Made by a program: the position numbers and the translations under genes. A DNA stretch of 34,663 bases from the NCBI GenBank assembly GCA_046761065.1, contig JBHIFL010000048.1, positions 1-34,663 on the forward strand, written 5' to 3'. Source of the stretch: Candidatus Heimdallarchaeota archaeon. Its GTDB lineage: Archaea; Asgardarchaeota; Wukongarchaeia; Wukongarchaeales; JBHIFL01. Within the stretch, counting starts at the first letter, position 1, and each line of letters begins with the position of its first letter. Shown here one piece after another: positions 27,443 to 34,663 of this stretch. Below the pieces are notes generated by a model. It had not been told where the DNA came from. It did no database searches and saw nothing but the letters and a program-made list of their open reading frames with translations.

Positions 27443-29470
27443 CTAATTTCTTCTTTTGCGTCTCCAAGCAATGGTTATTAGTGCGATAGGTACCAAGACA
27501 AGAAAGATCCCAATTACCTCTGAAAAGATCGCGGTCTGCGACTCCGTCGAGTAGCTTCTCATACCAAAAGTGGGCGCTTCTTCCAAGTGTGTGTCGGTAT
27601 CAGTAGTCGTAATTGGGGGAGGAGTGTAAGGGGCCATGGTAGGAGTAGTCGTCAGCGTGATGACCATTTTAGCGCCCTCTGGGCCTTCTCCAAGAACCTC
27701 CTCTTGGGATATTTCCCCTTGAAGTGCAGCTGGATCGATTAAGATTGAGGTATAGGGGGTGACTAGGTCGAAATCAATTGAGAGCTGTATAATTTGCTCG
27801 ACGAGGGCAGGTGTTTCACCTTCTAGAAGGATCTGATCGAGGAGATAGTTGATTTTCTGGATTGCCCACAGTTTCGGGACAAACGGATGCACAAGGCTTG
27901 GGTCTGATATATTGAATTGACCTCTGAAGGTTTCTTGACCTTGGGCGGATTCGGTAGTGACTGTGATTGTCATCATGGGATTGTCCCCGTAGTATTTGCC
28001 AACCACGATGATCTCTGAACCGTTGAATAGGGGAGGGATCTCATGGGGGAAAATTTCTTTGACTGGACCACCGCTAAATTCAATGGAAATGTCTTTTAAG
28101 AGGGGAATCGCAATCGTTTGAAAGAAGTCAGATAGCTGTTCTTCAATGTTTTGCGTGGGATGGATTCGGGTGGTTTCGCCGCGGTTTCCAGTTGAGATCT
28201 GATCTAATAGCTCCATGTTCACGTCCCAACCAAACCCAAATGAGTAGATTTTAACGCCTTTCATTGCATTAGCGCTAGCTATGTTTCTAACGATTGTCGG
28301 TTCGTAAACCACTCCCGCGGTGGGAAGCCCATCAGTCAGGAAGACAAGGATTTTCAGGCGATCCGGATCAGAGGTTGGGAATGTACCCAGTGCGACAAGA
28401 AGTGCACCATTGATGTCAGTACTGCCTCCTGCGCTCAGAGAATCAACAAAAGCCAGCGCATCTGAAATGTTTCGATTTTCTGCTGGTAGCAGGCCATCTG
28501 AGTACGTTCGAATAATACTGTCATAGAAAACAATCGTGAAGCGATCATTCGGATTCAGCTGAGGGAGGATATTGTGTATAGCCTCCTTAGTTTGATCAAT
28601 CTTCTCTCCACTCATCGAGCCGGACTTGTCCATCACAAATACGACGTCTTTTGGGAGGGACGTATCTCCTATCCCTTCGAAGACTGGAGCAAATGCGTAT
28701 AGGAAATATTTAATTCCATTCCTATTAGCGACAAGAAGCGTCCCCTCCTTTGGATAAGCCGCTACATCATAGGTAAGGACAAGATCGGTTTTAGGTATCA
28801 CATTCTCTTGGGCATAATGTAATCTGACATGGAACGCGGAATCCTTAACAACGTTAAACTTGTAGCCCTGAACATGAATATTTGAAATAGCGCTTTGGGA
28901 ATAAATATCTATGTTCATTATGAGGGATTCGACCATTGCATCGAAATTCTTGGTTTCCAAGGGATGTAAATACGTATAAGAATTAAAGCGTTTTCTGAGG
29001 AATTGTTCATAGACTAGTTCGACCTTAATACTGTCATTTGGGGCTAAAGAAACCTCATAAGTGAACATTTTTCGCCCCACATATTCTAAGAGGGCGGCAG
29101 TGCGTCCCGCTTCTACGGCCTCCTGATACTCTTCACGTGCTTGTTCGCGAGGAAGAATCGTTCCATAGTGTTTGACTCCACCGAGGGTTAAGGAAAAATT
29201 CGAGATGAAAGCGTCCTCTGGGATCGCGAACAAATATGTACCCTGAACCGGATAGTCATAAGGGTTCAAAAACTCCTGGGAGACATTTGTTTTAACATAG
29301 CCATTCTCGATGAGAACATTGACCCGTTGAGTGCGAACTGGCAGTATCTCGGGTAGATCCCCCGTTCCGGATAATTTGATTACTGGGATACCCTTTACTA
29401 AGACCACTGAATTCATTAGCATCAAAGCCAATAACAAAAACATTTGAGGTTTCATTCTCATGTTATTCAC
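27443..29470 (-). CDS. Secreted, C-terminally anchored VIT + vWA domain protein (ITIH-like)
   Basis: N-terminal signal peptide, VIT region (SQEFLNP...Y.F.IPEDAFISNF), MIDAS DKSGSMS / GSTDI / LTDG, LWA...I..L...VTPYTS, a Thr/Pro linker, then a TM helix followed by RRKRR. Confidence 0.9.
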   Translation of the reverse strand: MNNMRMKPQMFLLLALMLMNSVVLVKGIPVIKLSGTGDLPEILPVRTQRVNVLIENGYVKTNVSQEFLNPYDYPVQGTYLFAIPEDAFISNFSLTLGGVKHYGTILPREQAREEYQEAVEAGRTAALLEYVGRKMFTYEVSLAPNDSIKVELVYEQFLRKRFNSYTYLHPLETKNFDAMVESLIMNIDIYSQSAISNIHVQGYKFNVVKDSAFHVRLHYAQENVIPKTDLVLTYDVAAYPKEGTLLVANRNGIKYFLYAFAPVFEGIGDTSLPKDVVFVMDKSGSMSGEKIDQTKEAIHNILPQLNPNDRFTIVFYDSIIRTYSDGLLPAENRNISDALAFVDSLSAGGSTDINGALLVALGTFPTSDPDRLKILVFLTDGLPTAGVVYEPTIVRNIASANAMKGVKIYSFGFGWDVNMELLDQISTGNRGETTRIHPTQNIEEQLSDFFQTIAIPLLKDISIEFSGGPVKEIFPHEIPPLFNGSEIIVVGKYYGDNPMMTITVTTESAQGQETFRGQFNISDPSLVHPFVPKLWAIQKINYLLDQILLEGETPALVEQIIQLSIDFDLVTPYTSILIDPAALQGEISQEEVLGEGPEGAKMVITLTTTPTMAPYTPPPITTTDTDTHLEEAPTFGMRSYSTESQTAIFSEVIGIFLVLVPIALITIAWRRKRRN

Positions 29471-29767
29471 TCACCTCAATTGATACACTTTGTTGTCACT
29501 ATTAACGAAAATAAAATAATTAAATGTGCTTGTGTAATTTTAAACAGTAGAACATACTTATACAAGAAACCTTCCTCCAAATAGCTACTTCTAGGCATGT
29601 ATACGCTTTAAAGATAAATCATGTAAATAAATTAAATAAAGAACACTAGACTAGTTGAAGGCGGAGTTTCCAACGAATTAGAATGTACAGAAACTCTCCA
29701 ACTAAAACGCGCAAATCATGCTTATTAGGAGAAAAAAAGTGCGAAAAACTTCGTGGGGCGTTATGTC

Positions 29768-31804
29768 ATGAACCGAAAAGTTGTTCTGACATGTCTATTG
29801 ATCGTTTTGATCCCATTAAGTTTTACTGTTGGAGCGAGTCAGCAGGTTTACGCAACAACTCGAGTTTCACTTAATTTTTTAAACCCTGCTGGTAATAGAT
29901 TCGAAAAGAACCAACCTGACACAATTCATAGCTCTCAAAATGCTCTATGGAATGATCAAGTATATTTTGAATGGTCAAATGGGAGTATTGTGAGTTGGAA
30001 AGTTGATGATAACGGGAATAAGGATCCAACAGATGATGTAGATCTCATTGTAGGCAACCCGATGGGGAATTGCATTGATTTGGGGTGGTCAGATCCTGAG
30101 CATACTTCGGACTATAATTTCTACACCACAGGAACAGACACGGATCGAGGCCATCACTCTGCCGCAACGAATGTTGTTTCACAGATCAAAACTAATGAAA
30201 CCATGGGTTCTGTGCTGATCACTGGGGAATTGGGACCCTTTACACGCTTTCAAATAAGATACACGCTTTATATAGGAGATCCTGCAATATATGCGCAAGT
30301 GGCGATCACTTGGACTCAGCCTACTATTATAGGGTTCGTTGGTTATGGCCTGTATACATCTTACCTATCTATTAGAGACATCCCTGACTTCTTTATCCTT
30401 GGAAACGAGACCGAATATCGAATTGATTCCCTACCATTTGTTTCAGGCTGGTATTTAGGAATTAATCAGGAGGCTCAATTTGCTGCGTTTCGAAATTCTA
30501 ATACTGGGAGAATAATTGGGATGGTTGTTCAAGCTGAAAATGACCCTGAGCACGTGTTCGAAGTTTCAGGGGAGTCAAGCCATCCTTGGGGGCGTGGGTT
30601 ATCTTGGTTTTTCAAGTACAGGGGGAACTTCTCAAGCCTGCAACCTTCATATGCGGCCGAATTTCAGATTTATTCAGATAATACAAATAACTATCAGGCG
30701 TTTTTAGCTAGAACAACGAAATTTCCTGCCAAAATTCCCCTTTCCATCTCCTTTATTTCCCCTTTCGAAGGCGAATCAATCCAGAGGACGGTTCGAATTC
30801 AAGTCAAAGTAAACAGCAATGTTGTTGTTTCAAGAGTCGAGCTATTCATTGAGGATGTCCTAAGCGGATGGAAAGATATCACTTCCAACTATAATCCCTC
30901 GACAAAGTATTACTATTACGAATGGGATACTTCACGTGTACCCAATAACAAATACACTTTAATAGCAAGAGTCACCGATATAGCAGGGAATCATGGAGTT
31001 AAAATGCTTCGTTTGTCCATTAACAATCTAAAATTACCTTTTGGGGTCCAAGGAGCATTAGTACTGAGTGGTTTGATTGCAACAATATTCTTTGTGTATC
31101 AGAAGCGACGAGAGAGTCAACAACAACGAAAATTAATGATCCAAGCAGTGGCGCAGAGGGAGTTAGAGTTCGACAGAACGGGACGACTTAACGAATTGAT
31201 AAATTTGGCAAAAGATGACATTCTCATCTTTCAGGATTTGGCCGAAAAGTATGCGGTTTCTCCGATTTTTATTCAAAGAACGGTCGAGAGCCTCGTTTCA
31301 AAAGGAGTCCTCTGGGGAATCACAACAGAAGATGTCTTTATTGGTGTTAAATTTGCCATTTCAACACTTAAACGCCTTTCTAAAGTCTATGAACGAATAA
31401 CCTGGCAATCTCTGATGGAAGAGTTCAAATTACAATCTGAAAAGGATCTGAAAGTGCTCCTGATGCAAGTAAGCCATTCTCAAAATGTTGTTCTAAAAAT
31501 AGATGAAATCGATAAGAGTGTGAGGATTTTGAGTGTTGAGGAAATGAAACCGGTTAAAAAGACACCCAGAACCATGGTATGTCCCAGTTGCAGTATATCC
31601 TTGGATTCACGGGCAGACCATTGTGAAAACTGTGGGGCCGACTTCCCAAAATGCATTGTCTGTAACCTATCAATTTTTGACGATTATACTAAGACTCCTT
31701 GTTGCGGGTCTCCTGCTCATTCCACTCACCTTAAAGAGTGGTTAAAAATAAAGGATGAATGTCCTATCTGCAAAGAAAAACTCAAAGAAGCATGGATTCT
31801 GTGA
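29768..31804 (+). CDS. Single-pass receptor-like protein: ectodomain + Ig + TM + WH/PCI x2 + double Zn-ribbon + RING-like finger
   Basis: Signal peptide; Ig-like region ISP.EG...YEWDT..VPNNKYTL.ARVTDIAGN; TM at about 31040-31099 followed by KRR; PCI-like LSKVYERI....L...F.L.S...L..LL.......LKID; CPSC/CENC; then CIVC-x12-CC-x4-HxxH-x3-W-x6-CPIC. Confidence 0.85.
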   Translation: MNRKVVLTCLLIVLIPLSFTVGASQQVYATTRVSLNFLNPAGNRFEKNQPDTIHSSQNALWNDQVYFEWSNGSIVSWKVDDNGNKDPTDDVDLIVGNPMGNCIDLGWSDPEHTSDYNFYTTGTDTDRGHHSAATNVVSQIKTNETMGSVLITGELGPFTRFQIRYTLYIGDPAIYAQVAITWTQPTIIGFVGYGLYTSYLSIRDIPDFFILGNETEYRIDSLPFVSGWYLGINQEAQFAAFRNSNTGRIIGMVVQAENDPEHVFEVSGESSHPWGRGLSWFFKYRGNFSSLQPSYAAEFQIYSDNTNNYQAFLARTTKFPAKIPLSISFISPFEGESIQRTVRIQVKVNSNVVVSRVELFIEDVLSGWKDITSNYNPSTKYYYYEWDTSRVPNNKYTLIARVTDIAGNHGVKMLRLSINNLKLPFGVQGALVLSGLIATIFFVYQKRRESQQQRKLMIQAVAQRELEFDRTGRLNELINLAKDDILIFQDLAEKYAVSPIFIQRTVESLVSKGVLWGITTEDVFIGVKFAISTLKRLSKVYERITWQSLMEEFKLQSEKDLKVLLMQVSHSQNVVLKIDEIDKSVRILSVEEMKPVKKTPRTMVCPSCSISLDSRADHCENCGADFPKCIVCNLSIFDDYTKTPCCGSPAHSTHLKEWLKIKDECPICKEKLKEAWIL

Positions 31805-31929
31805 AAATTCCAACGTTTTCAAGAAGGGTTGCAGTAAAGTCCTCTTATAAATCCCAAATCATAAATAGATGCGCTTCGAAGATATATCCTTTCGTTCTCT
31901 TCTAGACAAAATACAACGAGGATTAGGCG

Positions 31930-32787
31930 TTGATAAGAACGTATTTGGAACTCCTAAAACTCAAACAGACCGCATTACTCGTGTGGACCGCGCTTGCTGC
32001 TTATCTTGCTGCTGCGCGCGATGGCCTAAAGATAATCATCTTATTATTCTTAATTGGGGCAATATTTCTTGCTGTAAGTGGAACAACCGTCATAAGCATG
32101 TATTTCGATTCAGAAATTGATGCTGTCATGGATCGCACAAAAGACCGTCCGATCCCGTCTGCTCGAGTTACCCCTCGGAATGCATTAATGTTTGGCATAG
32201 TATTTCTTGGGTTGGGGCTTTTCTTAGCTGTTTTCCTTAATTGGTTAGTTGTAACCATTATCGTAACAGGTGCAATTTTGAATGTAATAGTATACACAAT
32301 CTTCTTAAAACGACGAACTCCATCCTCAATCTTATTTGGCGGGATTGCGGGAGGGATGCCTACCCTAGCAGGATGGACAGCTTATACTAACAAAATTGAA
32401 TTAAGTGGGATCTTACTGGCACTGGTAATTATGGCTTGGATTCCCACCCACGTTCTCACTTTGGCGATGTTCAATGTCCAAGACTATGAGAAAGCCAACA
32501 TACCGATGCTTCCGGTTGTGGTGGGTCAGAAAAGAACCCAGGAAGTGATCCTTTTTTCAAATATAGTTCTAACAGTCCTTGCATTTTCGTTTTTTGTTCT
32601 AAATATTTTTGGGAGGACTTACATAATTCTTTCTTTAGTTCCAACTTTGCTTTTTCTTTTTGGGAGCATTTACATGTTGATCCACCCTTCACAAAAGCTA
32701 TACTGGAGCTTGTTTAAATTATCGGGTCCGTATTTGCTCTTGTTATATATAGCAATGATTATAGACACGATAACTCCAATCTTCTAA
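31930..32787 (+). CDS. cyoE: Protoheme IX farnesyltransferase (heme O synthase, UbiA family)
   Basis: YLELLK, DSEIDAVMDRTKDRPIPS, YTIFLKRRT, GGIAGGMPTLAGW, WIPTH and DYEKANIPMLPVV. Confidence 0.92.
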   Translation: MIRTYLELLKLKQTALLVWTALAAYLAAARDGLKIIILLFLIGAIFLAVSGTTVISMYFDSEIDAVMDRTKDRPIPSARVTPRNALMFGIVFLGLGLFLAVFLNWLVVTIIVTGAILNVIVYTIFLKRRTPSSILFGGIAGGMPTLAGWTAYTNKIELSGILLALVIMAWIPTHVLTLAMFNVQDYEKANIPMLPVVVGQKRTQEVILFSNIVLTVLAFSFFVLNIFGRTYIILSLVPTLLFLFGSIYMLIHPSQKLYWSLFKLSGPYLLLLYIAMIIDTITPIF

Positions 32788-32966
32788 AAGAATGAATTCC
32801 GGTGGTTTTAGGCACCATTATTGACAGTAAATGGGAAACATTCAAAGTAATTACAAGTAAAATCCATTTTCAGAAATTCACACATGAATACGAGCAATAT
32901 GAATGGATGCGGGTTAGCTGACCAGAGGGCTAGATAGGAGATAAATCATACCCAAGAACCCTTGTT

Positions 32967-34019
32967 GTGAAGGTGGATGATTTGGAAGAAGGGAAGGTCC
33001 CTTGGGATGTTCTTAAACAATTACTTCACAAACAAGGCTATTCAAACCCTGGGATAATTCTGGGTCCCGGGCTTGGGTTAGATGCGACGGTTATTGATTT
33101 TGAGCAAGCCGCAGCGCACGCCCAGGCCTTCTATCAAACATCTAGCACCTGCTACTTAATACTCAAAACAGATCCTATAACGTTTCCAACCCCTAACCCC
33201 GCCCGGTATGCAGTTCGGGTATGTGCGAACGATATTGTAACTACGGGAGCCATCCCTTATGGATTCGGTGCTACCGTTATCTTCCCTCCCGGTTGCTCCA
33301 AGGCTCAAGTCCTGGCATTACAAGACGAAATGGATCGCCAATGCAAGGAACTGGCGATTTCAATTCTGGGGGGGCATACTGAGATCTCCAGTAGTGTCAC
33401 AGGTCCACATCCAATCGTGGCAGGAACAATGGTCGGCTTTGTGCCATCAGAATATTATGTCAAACGAGAGATTCATACGAGGAATAAAATAATTATCTCA
33501 GGAACTTGTGGAATGGAGGGAACAAGTATCTTAGCGCGCGAGGGACGGGATAAACTCTCCGGACTGATGTCAAATCGCGACTTAAAAACAGCTGCAGGAT
33601 ATGTCAATCATCTTAGTATCATAAATCGGGCACTTACCGTTAACAAGACGATCCGACCGGGTCTTATCCACGATGCAACTGAAGGGGGGATTCTTGGAGC
33701 CTTATATGAAGCTATTGCGCCGACTGGGTTCGGAGCACAGATCAGCAAGGACCGCATCCCCGTTTCGGAAGTGACAGTCAAAATAAGTGAACTTATGCAC
33801 ATAGATCCTCTCAAGCTTATTTCTTCTGGTACGATGGTTCTTATTGTCGCAGAAGATCGGGCTGATGAGTGCATTCAAATCTTAAAAAGAAGTTTACCTG
33901 TGGAAATCGTTGGAGAAGTGAAGGATAAAGGGTATGGGCTAAAATTGGATCGCGCCACGCTTGACCCACCTGGACCAGATCATATCATTCAGGGGTTGCG
34001 AAATCTTGAGCAGTTGTAA
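32967..34019 (+). CDS. AIR synthase-related (PurM/HypE-like) protein
   Basis: GKVP, GPGLGLD, KTDPIT, NDI, GGHT, HDATEGG and DPLKLISSG. No C-terminal Cys, so not canonical HypE. Confidence 0.85.
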   Translation: MKVDDLEEGKVPWDVLKQLLHKQGYSNPGIILGPGLGLDATVIDFEQAAAHAQAFYQTSSTCYLILKTDPITFPTPNPARYAVRVCANDIVTTGAIPYGFGATVIFPPGCSKAQVLALQDEMDRQCKELAISILGGHTEISSSVTGPHPIVAGTMVGFVPSEYYVKREIHTRNKIIISGTCGMEGTSILAREGRDKLSGLMSNRDLKTAAGYVNHLSIINRALTVNKTIRPGLIHDATEGGILGALYEAIAPTGFGAQISKDRIPVSEVTVKISELMHIDPLKLISSGTMVLIVAEDRADECIQILKRSLPVEIVGEVKDKGYGLKLDRATLDPPGPDHIIQGLRNLEQL

Positions 34020-34070
34020 TCAACATACATTCTGTTTCTTAATTTAATAAATGATCAGATATTATGAGGA

Positions 34071-34622
34071 TTGATCATGGAAGGTTTAAAACGGTTATTT
34101 CTGGCTTTAATTGGACTATTTATAGTTATAGGAGCGGTTTTACTAATAACTTATCATTATAAAGCAAATCTACCGGTTCCGCCACCAGACAAGCCCCCAA
34201 CTGATGACGTAGCCCCACTTCAGGTAGGCAATTTAGTGCTTGAGGCAAATGCTGTCTTTTGGCAAAATTTCATGCCTATCATCCCGCCAGAAGGTCCCCC
34301 CTTCTACGTGATAATAGAAATCACAATGAGAAATTATGGGAGCTTTCCAATCTCTGGATTTACAGCAATAAAAACTACGGTCTATTTTGCAGCTACCAAA
34401 AATCCGCTCCATACGTTTCAACTTGAGCCCGTTGATGCTGCGAATAATTCTATTCAACCTGGAGAGATCAGAAAACTCGAATTTACTAACGGTCGATCCA
34501 CAATTTTCTCTCCAGACCTAGAAGAAGGGACAAAATTGTATACGCGTATTCTTGTCCATTGGGCGTCAAATCAAGCGGAGATTCTTACGACACCTTTAGC
34601 TCCAGTGGAATTTACTTATTAA
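34071..34622 (+). CDS. Hypothetical N-terminally anchored beta-rich protein
   Basis: N-terminal TM segment, Pro-rich linker (PVPPPDKPP), WQNFMPIIPPEGPP and alternating beta-strand patterns. Confidence 0.7.
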   Translation: MIMEGLKRLFLALIGLFIVIGAVLLITYHYKANLPVPPPDKPPTDDVAPLQVGNLVLEANAVFWQNFMPIIPPEGPPFYVIIEITMRNYGSFPISGFTAIKTTVYFAATKNPLHTFQLEPVDAANNSIQPGEIRKLEFTNGRSTIFSPDLEEGTKLYTRILVHWASNQAEILTTPLAPVEFTY

Positions 34623-34663
34623 GTAAAAACAGCTCCTGATTCCCGCTTAAAGAGGTTTTAATG

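Noticed and set aside
27725-27745. ITIH-type autocatalytic Asp-Pro site (DPAAL)
   Set aside because: It does not match the DPHF motif, and the ITIH C-terminal domain is absent.
32967-34019. HypE or SelD assignment
   Set aside because: No C-terminal Cys (PRIC), no N-terminal Cys/Sec motif and no hydrogenase genes nearby.
1-34663. CRISPR array, tRNA or rRNA genes
   Set aside because: No regularly spaced repeats, cloverleaf motifs or rRNA-like stretches were seen by eye.

Overview
A 34.7-kb archaeal window, most likely from an Asgard archaeon. The evidence is an archaeal FEN-1 with a PIP box, GGTGA/GAGGTG ribosome-binding sites and several eukaryotic-signature-like proteins: a gelsolin-like domain, a longin domain, a roadblock/LC7 domain, and a PCI/winged-helix plus RING protein. 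About 1.3-10.7 kb is a partly decayed, mosaic sugar island with 3 GT4 glycosyltransferases (1 broken), 3 GH130 enzymes (1 broken), a GH4 hydrolase and IS-end remnants. The middle holds DinB, FEN-1, an SDR pseudogene, a Zn-ribbon protein, a tandem USP, the gelsolin-like protein and endonuclease III. Two loci stand out. (1) A divergent locus at 17.5-23.9 kb: longin plus a GriC/GriD (EhpF/EhpG)-like two-component carboxylate reductase on the minus strand, back-to-back with KaiC-like ATPase, roadblock and FIST genes, followed by an MFS transporter and LarA. (2) A divergent pair at 27.4-31.8 kb: a membrane-anchored VIT-vWA (ITIH-like) surface protein and a single-pass receptor-like protein with ectodomain, Ig domain, TM helix, two WH/PCI units, a double Zn-ribbon and a RING-like finger, i.e. 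a candidate receptor-type ubiquitin E3 ligase. The window ends with heme O synthase, an AIR-synthase-like protein and a membrane-anchored hypothetical protein. No rRNA, tRNA or CRISPR array was seen. All family calls come from motif recognition by eye; no searches were run.
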